A stretch of 42,790 nucleotides of DNA from Mayamaea pseudoterrestris (GCA_027923505.1 BROI01000017.1:682001-724790), one strand, 5' to 3'; counted from the first letter of the stretch, positions 22,184 through 34,009 are shown. Made by a program: numbers and translations. Notes: generated by a model from the sequence alone, not told the origin.

Positions 22184-22605
22184 TCCTAGTCTTACTTTGA
22201 TGAAGTCTAAAGTCAATTAAAAAAGCTCTTCGCTGCGCAGTGTCGCGGGAACACGAGCAGGTATTGTACTTTTGGCGGTTATGATGCGTTAATGCGAGAT
22301 CCGAGCATGGCGGAAATTGCCGCTTGAATTTGAAATGAATACATCTACAGTAGGGACTCCAAAGGAGTATATTAAAAAGAGTAGTGACTTATAGCCTTAA
22401 GTATATGCACCGAGGGAACAGGCGATCGATTGCCTCGTCGACGAGACTCACTTGAATCTCGCCGCACATCTTGAGCTTGCGATCCATTCTCAAGAGTTTA
22501 CCCTTTGTATTCAAGTTCCATCTACTTCCAACGGCTGATCCAGTTATAGCAATTTTTTCAACTTTTGCTGAGCATTCTTGGTGCATTGACATATTCGCAT
22601 CAATC

Positions 22606-24691
22606 ATGAGCAGTCCAAAAGCGACATCAGTTCCAGCTCCTTCAACGTCAGCAGCAGCAACCGGCAGTGCAGCCGCGAGTAATGCAAATGCGGGCAAGAA
22701 AGCGGTTCATGTCAAGGTACGTTGATTGATGTCGCCGTTTCATTGATTGCGAAAATTGATGTCGAAGGGGTTTCAGATGTTAAGAGTCATTGGCACAATA
22801 GGTCGGTCATACCAAGGCAAAAGGTCGCTCTTGGTCATCCGACGGTCATCGTGCGTTGGAGCGGCTGTTGTTTTCGCGAGGGATCCCAATCGAACGAACC
22901 AAGGGTCTTCACTCGTGCGTCAGAGCGGTACTCAAGCTGTCACCCGCAGAACAGCTGCGTGACACTGGTTAGCTACCGCATGTTGCAAGATTGGTATGGC
23001 ATGGAGCTCAATGCTCTTGCCCTCAATCAATGACAACACTTATATCTTACTCTTTAAGAGTCAAGACAGTGTTTCCTCTTATCAAACGTGAATAAAAGCT
23101 GCGATTCCCCATAAGCGGCGTCGTTTTAGAGTCCAGTCACTGCTTTTTGGCTTCGTGCGAGTGCTGAGCCTGCAACGTTTTGCCAAATACTTACACGCAT
23201 TGCATCCTTCACTCTTTAAACACCCTAAAAGTGGTCTGGACGCACAATCGCGTTGGTGAGAAGATGAATCTCTTTTGGAGTGTCGTGTTGTGATGCCAGA
23301 CTCATGCGTCGAGTCGCTCACTTTATTTGCATCTCCTTCTCGCAGGGTGAATCTCTTTTGGAGTGTCGTGTTGTGATGTCAGACTCGTGCGTCGAGTCGC
23401 TCACTTTATTTGCATCTCCTTCTCGCAGGGACTTTTCCTTCTGCTGAAGCCGACGAGAAGTGCGCCAAGGCCAAGCAGCTCACACGCAACTGGAGGAGCA
23501 CCATGCGTCCCAAGCCGACGCGTGAATGGGTCATGGCGGAGCTTGAACGACTTGGTGTACGTGTCGTCTCTGGTCGTTTGGGTCGCAAAGGAGGAGAAGA
23601 CGATGACGAGTCGGAATCAGAAGGGAGGAAGAAGGGGCCAACGAAAGGAGTTAATATTTCCGCTGCAAGCATGCCAATGGAACGCACTAGTAGCATTGGC
23701 TGGGGCGGAGCAGATGCGGATCTGAACAGCCTAATGATGGCGCGTCGCAACTCGTCGCTTGGTCTTTCCATCATGAACGACACTGGTCGAGGATCTCTTG
23801 CGTTGGGCCACGTCATGCTTGACACGGGTGATCCAACCATGCCGCCTCATCGTCCGCTAGTTGGTGGTGGCGCTGCTGCAGCATATGAAGCGGCGCGCCA
23901 TGACCATTTTACGCAAAAGGCGTCAGAGCAGCAACGACGTGGGTCGAGTCTCGGTCTTGGCAGTCTCGGAGGTGGTAACGGAGGCATTGGTAACGTGGGC
24001 TTGTCGGTCAGTGCCAATCAGTAAGTACCCTGATGTAAAATTTTTAGCTGTGGTCAATTGCTTCATTTTAACGATCACCTTCTTGTCACCCCATTGTGAC
24101 AGGCACTACGAAATGTTAAAGCTTCATCACATGAATCTGTTGAATGAAATTCAAGAGACAACTCTCATGATGAACCTCTATCAGCAACAACAGCTGCAGC
24201 AGCAGCACCAGCAGTTGCAGGCGCAAGCTAATGTCGAAATGGGCAACGACCCCACAGGCTTGGCATTGATGATGCAAAGTGGAGCCGCTGGATTAGATAT
24301 GTTTGCTGGACAGTTGAGCCAGCGCGGTTCGCTTGGCCTAGGGGCACCCATGGGATCCGGTTTTGGGAATGCACAGTTGCAGTTGATACAGCAACAGCAA
24401 ATGCAGCAAGCCCTATTGCAACAGCAGGCTGCTCGAGCAACTGAAAATCCTCCGGCTCCTGCGGCAGGGCCTTTGGCGAATGAATTGGAAGGTCGCATCG
24501 CACAGCTCAAGCAGGATATTGCAAAAAGTGACGACGACACCATGAGCGAAAAGAAGCGATCACCGGAAGACACCGCAGAGGAAGAAGAGGAGAGTCAGCA
24601 ACTACCGCCTACCAAGCGCGCCAAAAAGGTTGACACCGATCAGGCGGAGAAATTGAGTGGCGATAAGTCCAAAGGTAGTGCGGCTGTTTAA
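22606..24691 (+). CDS. Q-rich putative regulatory protein (438 aa); proposed exons 22606-22716, 23232-23255, 23346 (1 nt), 23429-24020, 24103-24691
   Basis: The spliced product reads KKAVHVK-WSGRTIAL-GTFPSAEADEKCAKAKQLTRNWRSTMRPKPTREWVMAELERLG, then QHYEMLKLHHMNLLNEIQETTLMMNLY and poly-Q tracts. Total length is 1317 nt, in frame only with the extra G. The last two exons are solid; the 5' exon structure is inferred. Confidence 0.7.
23265..23430 (+). repeat. 83-bp direct tandem duplication of an intron 3' end, including the pyrimidine tract, CAG acceptor and the following GG
   Basis: Copy 1 (23265-23347) and copy 2 (23348-23430) both run TGAATCTCTTTTGGAG...CTCCTTCTCGCAGGG. They differ at only two positions (GCCAGA/GTCAGA; CTCATG/CTCGTG). 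Confidence 0.97.
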
Positions 24692-24811
24692 GTGGAGTGA
24701 CGGAAAGAGGGAGAGACGGAGGGTTAGTTCTTGTTGCATGTAAGCGAAACTACGTTTCCACAAATTACTCAATAAATTTTATGTTATAAGAATTCATATT
24801 CGCATTTACAG

Positions 24812-25741
24812 TTAAAACTTTTGCGGTCGGCGACGTGCCGTATACTTAGTGTCTGGCCGCACATCCTTCCCCTTCTTCCGCTGCGTATCCTTCTTATGAA
24901 CGATCCATTCCTTGGTCTTGACACCCTTCTTCTTCCTTGGCGGCTCCTTCGTTCCACTCCTAGATCTCGACGTCGAAACTGCGACGTGAACATTTGGCAA
25001 CTCGGTTCGTCCCACCATAGTTTCTACTCCACGTTTCTTTTGCGCGTTGCCTCTATCAAAAGAAAGGACGAGGTAGTGCTTCTTCGCCTTGGCCGAGTTT
25101 GGATAGTCGACAACGATACCACCTGTAAAACCCACTTTGGTCGCCGTTTCACTAATCAAGACAGCTTGCTCGGCCGTTTCAGGATAAAATTGCAAAACAG
25201 CTCGACCGCCTCGCTTTAATACCGTGTAGAGACTAGAGAAAAAGCGCGTCAGGCGTCTACGAGGATTCTGTGCAGCCGAGTTGGAGTAGCACAGCCACTG
25301 CAGCGCCGAAATGGAAATACAAGCATCAAAAGTAGCTGGCCTAAACGGCAATCCAATGCCCATGTCATGATGTAGCAAGTCCCCAATGGATGGACCGACC
25401 ATTGCATCGTCAACTTCTTCGCTTTCAATGTCATCTCCTGACTCAACTTTGCCGCTTCCGTCTCCATGCATTCGTTCCTTGGCAACATTCAACATATCCC
25501 TTGATACATCAGCTCCAACCCATACATGCCCCTTTTCTTCAAGTACTTGTCCCGATAAGCCCGACCCGCAACCAATGTCCAAGACGAAAGCCGTCTGGTT
25601 CGGATCCAGTCGGAGCAGCTCAATCGCTCGCTCCGTAATCTCTCGCTGAATTCCAATCATACGCGAAGAAGAGTCATACTTGCGAGCTTCCTTCTCATTG
25701 TAAAATATAGCTGCATGTCCAGTCAATTCTGGCCGCGACAT
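24812..25741 (-). CDS. BUD23: 18S rRNA m7G methyltransferase Bud23/WBSCR22
   Basis: MSRPE...FYNEKEARKY.SSSRMIGIQ, LDIGCGSGLSG, FDACISISALQWLC, GFTGGIVVDYPNSAKAKKHYL and C-terminal RPDTKYTARRR. Confidence 0.95.
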   Translation of the reverse strand: MSRPELTGHAAIFYNEKEARKYDSSSRMIGIQREITERAIELLRLDPNQTAFVLDIGCGSGLSGQVLEEKGHVWVGADVSRDMLNVAKERMHGDGSGKVESGDDIESEEVDDAMVGPSIGDLLHHDMGIGLPFRPATFDACISISALQWLCYSNSAAQNPRRRLTRFFSSLYTVLKRGGRAVLQFYPETAEQAVLISETATKVGFTGGIVVDYPNSAKAKKHYLVLSFDRGNAQKKRGVETMVGRTELPNVHVAVSTSRSRSGTKEPPRKKKGVKTKEWIVHKKDTQRKKGKDVRPDTKYTARRRPQKF

Positions 25742-26094
25742 GGTAGGCACGGTAGTCACTTGGTTGTGTGTGCGACGACTGCAGATTGCACTGCCGATAA
25801 TAGTCGAACAAGCTGCTGTTCAGTCAAGCAGCAGGTGAGACAAAAATAAATGTAAACACTCTCTTCCTCTTGGTCTTGGAAAATGAGCTGCTAGTACTTG
25901 TAGTGCAAAGTGCAAGATGCAGCGAAGATTTGATCCAAACGCTTGATTCCATCGACGAGAGAAAGTGGAAAACGAATGGAAACGCCGTAATAACCGCTAC
26001 GACTGATTGAAACCGGTACGACGCTTGCGGCGCGGACGACGCTCGCGAAGATCGCAAAACAAGGGCAACCGTGTTGAACGAAGGGCTCAAAGCC

Positions 26095-29000
26095 ATGAGG
26101 AGAAACAATTGTTTTTTAATCATACTGATCGAATGCGCTGCAACAAACGTCTTTCGACTCGCTAGATCTGAAACGATTCCATCATGGCAATCAGTCGTTG
26201 CCGATACAAACACTGTCATTGGTTTTACTAATTGGACTCTGTCCAACGCGGACAACAATAAAACAGATACTTCCAACAGTTCGACGAATTCAACCTACTA
26301 CCATATATCTGCTCAGGTTCCAGGAGACCTCTTATCTGATTTAATGCGAGCTGAAATCATTGATGATCCTTATTTCAATCGAAACTTTTTGACCCAGCGC
26401 CATGTTTGGATGGGTGGGGGAACCTCATCTGCACAACATTTCAATGAGAGCAAGCGAACGCGAACATGGATATACTCGACGCAATTTACGCTGCCTAGCA
26501 GCTACAATGCAACTCTCCTTTTGGTCGCAGAAAGCATTAAAATGGGAGCTTGTGTCGAACTCAACGGCGTAAAGATTGGGACCGCAAGAAATCAGTTTCT
26601 TCGCTACGTTTGGGAACTCATTCCGCAGGCTTTGCTGCAAGGAGAGCTTCTCTCGGGCAGTGCTTTGCGTCGACACAAACTAAAAGTAGTATTTGATCCA
26701 AACATTTTGACTGATGGCCGATTCATGGCTTGTAGCGGAGGCTGGGATTGGGCCCCATACGTACGTCTCTGTCGGGCGTTGCATTTCGCATATGCACTGT
26801 GAAAACTTATTCTTGTCACATCTGACTACCCTTCTCATCAATATAATGACAGTCGCGCTCATACGACAGTCGTGGGTCGCGCATCATGTCGCTCGGCATC
26901 CCGCAAGCGATCTATGCTGTCGCCGCCCGCAAAGCGTTGCTGACGCACATTGTGCCCAAGATATATTATCAAGGCGAATTCCCAGACGCACCCATGTGGA
27001 GCGGACCGCAGGGAGACTTTGTCGTGTCGGTTCATGTTTTTGTGAAAATATTGGATCCAACTGCATTACATAGATACTCGATTGTCTTGACCTCTGACCT
27101 TTTAAACGAACCGATTGTAACGCCATTGAGTTTATTCGACGGGGAGAAGCTCATTATCAACATGACGGCTACCAAACATCAGGTCGACTTGTGGTGGCCA
27201 AATGGACTGGGCAATCAACACTTGTATAAGCTGGAGATTGCTTTAAATGATGGCTCATGCTATCATGAGGGCCATTGCCAATCGATGGGTCAACGGATCG
27301 GTTTTCGCACTATAGCTTTAGTGACGGCCAATGATACAGATCCATCCGTACTTGATACGATGATACAGCAATCTACGGAAGGTTCTGGGATTCATGGCAT
27401 GTACTTTCGTGTCAACGGAGCGATTATATGGGCCCGCGGAGCGAATGTTGTCCCCATGGATCAGCTTGAAGGACGATTTTCGGACGAAGGGCATGTCGAG
27501 CTAGTTCGCTCAGCCGCGAGTGCAAATATGAACATGTTACGCGTTTGGGGTGGCGGCCTAGTATTACCAAAGTCATTTTACAACGCTTGCGATGAGCATG
27601 GAATTCTCTTGTTCCATGACTTGATGTTTGTGGAAGAAGGGCATCATGGAGCGCTCAGAACGTCGACAGTTCATAAAGAGATCGGCCACACAGTCCGCAG
27701 CCTCGCTTCCCATCCCAGTATTGTGGTTTGGAATGGTTGCAATGAGTGCTCTGGTCGTTTGCAGGATATGGACGTGTACGAATCGTTTGTCATGACGACG
27801 GTTGCTGAGATAGATGACACTCGACCGATATGGGTGAGCAGTCCGTCGCCTCATGGCTGGGCGAGCGGCGTGAATATGCTAGACGGACGACCGAATGGCA
27901 AAAGCCTACGCGTGAGACATTGGAACAGATCCGAGACATGTCATGCGATTGAATCACATGGTCCATACCAGCGGGGCTACTCTGAGATATATTCAGGCGT
28001 TAATGGCAGACAATCGTCGAACTCGAACGAGTCTCTTGTGCCACCAATATTACTGTACAACGAAAGCAGCGGAGCTGGTCACTTGAGCACTTTTGTCTCT
28101 GAGTTTGGTGCAACAAGTTATCCCTCGTTCGAATCATTGTCCGCAACACTGCATAATTCCGCGTGGAGCGTCCATGGAGGCACGGTCGCCGACACTTGTG
28201 AACAGGTTATTGAGAACGAAAATGTATGCAACGGCACGAATGCAATGGCAGAGCGGTAAGTCCATGTACGAGGCAATGCCTATGGCAGTGACTTAATCTG
28301 ACTGAGCTCAACTGTACTACCGCTAGCAACTATCCTTGTGACAACAGAATTAAGCTATACTTTGGAAGTCAGACTTCTCTCGATGCTGCGGGTCCAGTGA
28401 AATTCCAGCGGCAATTGTATGAGTGCATGATAGCGCAGACATTGTGGATGAAAGGAAGACTGGAGATGGTGCGTGCAAGTAACTCGTTTGGGTCGCTCAT
28501 TTGGCAGCTGAACGAAAATTGGCCGACAGGAGGGTGGGGATGCGTTGAGTACGGTCCTAGGAATGGAGTTGGGGGCCAGATTGTGGGCGGAAGGTGGAAA
28601 CCACTCATGTTTTTGCTGCGCCGGTACGCCTTTCGTGACAGCATCGTCGCTTGTGGGCAGGATGGACTGTGCTTTGCTCGATGTGACTGTTTGAATTCCA
28701 CATTAATAAAAGTGAAGTTTGAAGCATGGAGGATAGGAGCGGAGCATCCAATCCGTACCTTCAATTATTCCCACAGTCATGCAGCTGGTCGATCGACGCA
28801 ATTCTTTTCACTCCCGACTGGCTTTGTCAAAAGTGATGCCGACGTAACACTTGTGGAACAGTTCTCAACAGAGCATGAGCCGATGGTAAATGTTGAAGCC
28901 TTTTTGCTGAAGGTGCCTCGAGATATGAACCGACTGATAATTCCAGTTTCTATTTCCGTCAGTCTACACACATCGGTACAGTCTGGATTTGTTCGCATAG

Positions 29001-29236
29001 ATCTAATCAGCGATACATTGGCACTATACATTGTTCTTTCGACCGCTGCGCAGGGTCGATTTAGTGACAACGCCTTTCATCTGCGACCAAATGTAGCGAT
29101 GACAGTGTACTTCGAGAAGCTATTCTCCGATGGATCGGTAGACTTTGCCCTGTTTTACAAAACACTGCACCTTGAGCATCTCGGAAGGAATCACGACATA
29201 AAATTCCATGTAACAGACAACACAGCAATTTTGTAG
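26095..29236 (+). CDS. Glycoside hydrolase family 2 beta-mannosidase-like protein; exons 26095-26760, 26853-28255, 28327-29236
   Basis: Signal peptide, then GWDWAP, LWWPNGLGNQHLY, RGANVVP, NMLRVWGGG, WNGCNE (acid/base position), VSEFG (nucleophile position) and WQLNENWP. Introns 26761-26852 and 28256-28326 keep the frame. Confidence 0.9.
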
Positions 29237-29270
29237 TAATCTGACTAAAGTCGCGATAATTATATACAAC

Positions 29271-30335
29271 TCATATTCCTTCATTAAATATCTTTGGAGC
29301 TAATTCCTTGGGATCCCGATACGTCCCAAATAGTCGATCGCACCACATGAACAAATGTCCATAATTGTACTTGAAGAGCTTGTGGTGCACATGGTGGTCC
29401 GCCGGCGTTCCAAAACCAAGTGCTCGAAATGCTCCATCCCAAACAAACGAATATTCCGAATGAATCAAGGTCAGCCAGCTGGCATACAAACTTCCAAACG
29501 CCATGTACGTCCAAACGTTGCATGTGCGCATGAGATTGGCCGTGATGAACAAAGGAATTATGATCATGCAAACAGTATCCGCGAGAGATCCGTTGAATGC
29601 ATCAAAAATTCTAGGGTTTGTGAATCGGTGATGCGGTTTGTGCGAAAGCTGGTAAAACTTTGGCGATGCAGCATGCTCGAGCCAATGCATGAGATACTGG
29701 ATGGCATCCTGAAGGACGAGACAGACGAATGTCTTGTCCCACTGAATCGTTCCCTCGAAACTATAGTATGAATGTGGCATGAAATGGAACATCCACGTGA
29801 CGGTCAAGTATCCAACCAGTAGAACAAAGCCTTCAGGTTGCGAAATGTGCGTTTGAAGTCCCTCCCAAAAATCGTAAGGCCGCGCGCCGGAGGTTTGAAT
29901 GGATTTTGGTTGCTGTCGCTTGCTGTTGCGGCCAAGTAGACCGAATTTGAACATATAGAAGAAAACCCATACAGAAATTTGACCGACAAGGACGGCCAAA
30001 ATTCCGAGAAAAAGCCCCAAAGGCTTGGGGGTTGATGAGGCTGAATCATAGGTGTGCCAAGCCGCTGGGAAAATTGAGTGATACGACATTGGGCTGTACG
30101 GCGACGACAGAAGCAGCGGGACTGCCACAACGCAGGGCCACACCAGTATGCTACTCCAAGCAGCTATTTCGTCAGTCGTGTTCGCATTCTTGGCGCTGCC
30201 TTCAGCATCTGCGGCAAAACCGGCTGTCATCGTTTTGGTCGTCGAAGGCGAAACATGCTGTTTTACTGTAAGGTCGACAATAGATGCAGCGGCTGTCCCA
30301 TCTACCTCCCTTTTCAAACGATCATGCGGTGCCAT
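29271..30335 (-). CDS. Sterol desaturase / fatty acid hydroxylase superfamily membrane enzyme
   Basis: Several TM segments with His boxes HWLEH, HKPHH and HHVHH, plus NYGHLFMWCDRLFGTY. Start placed at MAPHDR (30335). Confidence 0.88.
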   Translation of the reverse strand: MAPHDRLKREVDGTAAASIVDLTVKQHVSPSTTKTMTAGFAADAEGSAKNANTTDEIAAWSSILVWPCVVAVPLLLSSPYSPMSYHSIFPAAWHTYDSASSTPKPLGLFLGILAVLVGQISVWVFFYMFKFGLLGRNSKRQQPKSIQTSGARPYDFWEGLQTHISQPEGFVLLVGYLTVTWMFHFMPHSYYSFEGTIQWDKTFVCLVLQDAIQYLMHWLEHAASPKFYQLSHKPHHRFTNPRIFDAFNGSLADTVCMIIIPLFITANLMRTCNVWTYMAFGSLYASWLTLIHSEYSFVWDGAFRALGFGTPADHHVHHKLFKYNYGHLFMWCDRLFGTYRDPKELAPKIFNEGI

Positions 30336-30669
30336 GCTTGCTATCTCAGTATGCCTTTTTGCCAACCGTCGATCAAAAGACTTGAATATTCTTCTCACTT
30401 CCGAGCAAAGCGCAGGGCTAGCGTGTATGATCGTCCTCGAATGTCGTTCGTTTTTGTTTGTCGACGTTCGACAGCGCGCGTGTCGCACAGTCAGCCGCAG
30501 AGAAAGATGACGCGCAAGTGCGTTACTAACTGTAAGTGGGAGCCCAGGCTGCATGATAGCTTACTACGAGTAAGCTGCCTCTTCCTGCCGTGCCGTACCC
30601 CATGTTATATGATTACTAATATTAGAAATTAGATTTTCCAAATCAACACATTTTGGCCTTATGATTAAT

Positions 30670-31694
30670 TCAAGCCTTCTCCCCGCTCGTAGTTTTAGAC
30701 TGACGCTCAACTTCGTCCGCCGCCAATGCCTCTTGACTAGCCTTCAAGCCAGCGACCACCAGCCCAATATCAATTTTGTCGCCAACAACAACCACTGCAG
30801 CAACTGACTTGGCTTCCATTTTTGGCTCTGCTTCATATCCCGTCGTCCAGTCTCGGTCATCGTCCACCGACGCAGCAACTGGCACCTCGATCTCTTCAAT
30901 AGCAAAGCCAGCAAAGGACGGTTCACCTTCCACACCCTCCAAAACATATGCGGTGACGGGCAAGCTTTGCGGTGGCTCCATGCGTGGAGCTCGCTCCAAA
31001 AATGCCAACAAATCCGGTGCCAGCGTGGCCGAGTTGGTCACAATGCGGGCCGCAATCCGCGAGCCAGGCACGTGACCCTCGGGACAATACAAATGGTCCG
31101 ACAGCGAGAGTAAATCTCGAGTACGCTGCGAAACCTTGTCGAACTGATCAAACGGCAAGTCGTCAGATCCAGCCTCGAGCAATTTCACATCCGGGGAAAG
31201 GTCAACCTTTGTTTCGGCGAAATGGAATGGTCAGTGATGACTAAATTGCGGCAAGGTGTATAATGAGTAGATCAATTGTCAAAGATCCGTACCTTCAATG
31301 GATTCATCTTTGGCAGAGCAAGCCCGGCCACTTTCAAGTCCAGTGGCTTGGTGATGCGAAAGGCTGATCGGCGCAAAGGAGTGACGCCGTCGCCGTTTAA
31401 GCACCAGTTGAAAGCGTACACTTGTCCAGGATACTCATTGGGAAAGGCAGCAGCTGTTCCAACCCGTTTAATGCTATCAGGCAATTGGGAAGTAGTAGTC
31501 TTAACGGCTCGAGTCGCTACGAAATCATTGCAAACGTTAGCAAGGAATCTGGAATCCATTTGTTCCTGACAGCAACATCACCTCAACTTACAATGGGATC
31601 TTCCGGTAGCAGAGAACGTTTGCCATCTACTAGCAGTGTGCAAAATGTGTCGACCCACTGTCAATAGTGGTAAAGTCGCTCGTGAATTTGCCAT
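30670..31694 (-). CDS. PEP carboxykinase N-domain-like protein, probably mitochondrial and non-catalytic; exons 31694-31592, 31516-31293, 31206-30670
   Basis: Introns 31591-31517 (GTAAGT..GCTAAC..TAG) and 31292-31207 join three ORFs in frame. The N-terminus is Arg/Ser/Thr-rich and acid-free. FDQFDKVSQRTRDLLSLSDHLYCPEGHVPGSRIAARIVTNSATLA resembles the ATP-PEPCK N-domain. Confidence 0.65.
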
Positions 31695-31904
31695 GGCGGT
31701 TGGTCGTGCAAAGTGAAGAACAATTGAACAGGTGATGGAAAGTGAGATGGAAATGCGACGCACGACGAGAGATTCCATTCGCGTCGCACCACGACTCTGT
31801 GTCGTTTCGTTACTTGTGCTCGGCACTTCGACCACCAATCAAGCCATGCTCACAAATCTTCCATTTCATTTACAGTTTGACCAACACACACCGATAGTTG
31901 AACT

Positions 31905-33359
31905 ATGAAACCTTCCATGCACGGTCTCGAGGAGCACGAAAAGTCACGATTTGAAAGAAAGCAGGAAGGGAAGCGACTAAAGCGTGAAAAAATCGAAACG
32001 TCTGGCGGTAAGCGACCGAGAACGAACCCTCCGAATTCGACGTCGAGAAAGGGACCGACGAACAATTACCAAAAGCCATTACTTCAGCGACGACGAAAGC
32101 AGGATGAAAAAGTTCATCGATTTGGACGCGTCATGGATCAGACTCCCTGTCCGGGAAAGCCCAGAAAATCAACACTTTCTATTGCCGTTCCCGGATCGAT
32201 CGTTTCAAATGCACAAACAAGGGAGCTCAAGACGTATCTGGTGTCGCAAATTGCTCGCGCAGCAACCATTTATCATGTCGACGAGGTTGTGGTTTATGAT
32301 GACAAGCTATCTGTAGACAAGCAGAGCAGTTTCAGTCGACAATACCAACGGAATCGCGCGAGAGATCCTGCCGGTGTAGCCATGGTGAAGGACGTGCCAT
32401 CAGCTGACAACCAGGAGCGAACTAAAGTTTTGGCAACGCCTCCGTCGTCAAATGATCCTCATGTCTTCATGGCACGCGTTCTACAGTATTGCGAGTGTCC
32501 GCAGTATTTGCGCCGGAACTTCTTTCCCATGCATTCCGACTTGCAGTTCGCCGGCTTGCTTCCGCCTATCGACGCTCCACATCATGTGCGAGCCGAAGAT
32601 CGCACCAAGTATCGAGAGGGTGTTGTCTTGGATAAGTGCGCTCAAAATGGTAATTCTCTTGTGAATTGCGGTATTCGCAACCGTCCCGTTGAGTAAGTGT
32701 GCCTTGCCAGCTCATGGAGTTTGTGAACAATATCTCACACAATTTCTCATCGCGTCTTCAGAATAGATACTCGCCTTAAGCCTGGTATTCGCTGCACCGT
32801 TCAACTTGATCCTGCGTCATACAGCTCTACTGGCCCAATACGTGGAGCCGTGGTGTCGCCAGCGACTCCTCGTCTAGAGGATGGAACCTATTGGGGATAT
32901 TCTACTCGATTAGCTTCTTCCATTCAAAAGGTGCTTGATGAATGTCCGTTTTCAAGTGGATATGATTTGAAGATTGGAACCAGCGAACGTGGCACTCAGA
33001 CTCTGGAATGCAAAGCATATAGTATTCCTTCGTATGAGCACGCCATTATTGTATTTGGCGGTGTCGCTGGTATAGAAGAGTGCGTCGACGCTGATGAGTC
33101 TATTATGCTTCCTGGGTCCAAGAGCCACACAATGTTTGATCAGTGGGTCAACATTTGCCCATATCAAGGTAGTAGAACGATTCGAACTGAAGAAGCCGTC
33201 ATGATTACTTTGTCCAAGTTGGGTCCAATGCTATCATCCAGAGCCAGCAGCGACGCCTTCGAGACGCACCAGGAAAGGACAAACAGCTGTCGAAGCGTTG
33301 TCATGAAAATGAGCGACGATGAAGTATCGGACGAAAGCAGCTGCGACAATAGTTGCTAA
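31905..33359 (+). CDS. SPOUT1: SPOUT-family RNA methyltransferase (C9orf114/SPOUT1, DUF171); exons 31905-32692, 32762-33359
   Basis: TLSIAVPGSIVSNAQTRELKTYLVSQIARAATIYHVDEVVVY, LQYCECPQYLRR, GTYWGYSTR, IGTSERG and NICPYQGSRTIRTEEA. Confidence 0.92.
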
Positions 33360-33421
33360 ACGCATCAAAGGGCACATTTTAAAGCTGATTTGCTGTTTAA
33401 CTAACAACCTAATTTCCAATT

Positions 33422-34009
33422 TTATTCTAGTGCCATCTTTCCGTCTTGCCCAACAATGGCTCCCGATGTCGTGTCGTACGAGTTGTATAGCATACTGATC
33501 TTAAACTGATCCTCGCTTACGCGATGTACCGTTTGCCACTCCTCCAGCCGATAATTCCCAGCAGTGCCTAGATTGTCGGCAATCAGATGCATGGACTGAC
33601 AACCTTTGCAAGTCGTAATGACGACACCCTTCTTGTAGGCAATTCGTGATACAAGATGGCTATTGCGAGTCTCGCATTTGGAGCATGTGTATTGAAGACC
33701 AAATTTTGCACCAACAAAAGCTGAATCAGTAGCAACAACGGAACTTTCTACCATTGGTAGTAATCCAAACGCTGTGTCTCCAATTGGAGGGAGCATAGGA
33801 ATATTTCCAGACTTGGTCGCCTTTTCGGCGTCGTCACAAGATCGATTGCGACGCCTTGCATTGGCAATCACCAAGTTTCGTTGATGATGCCCCACGACTA
33901 CCTTTTTCACATGATTATCTGCCACAGATAAACTCGAAAAGCCTTTAGTTGGCCTAGCATAGCTGAGGATGCCGGCAAGAGCAAGAAAAGCGAATAGACG
34001 GACCTCCAT
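33422..34009 (-). CDS. DNL-type zinc finger protein (Hsp70 escort protein family), probably plastid-targeted
   Basis: YTCSKCETR...AYKKGVVITTCKGCQSMHLIADNLG. The N-terminus MEVRLFAFLALAGILSYARPTKG-F looks like a bipartite presequence. Confidence 0.88.
   Translation of the reverse strand: MEVRLFAFLALAGILSYARPTKGFSSLSVADNHVKKVVVGHHQRNLVIANARRRNRSCDDAEKATKSGNIPMLPPIGDTAFGLLPMVESSVVATDSAFVGAKFGLQYTCSKCETRNSHLVSRIAYKKGVVITTCKGCQSMHLIADNLGTAGNYRLEEWQTVHRVSEDQFKISMLYNSYDTTSGAIVGQDGKMALE

Noticed and set aside
23363..23725. 120-aa ORF in the frame produced by direct splicing to the second acceptor
   Set aside because: It terminates early and does not connect to the downstream exons. It is the out-of-frame shadow of the Q-rich gene.
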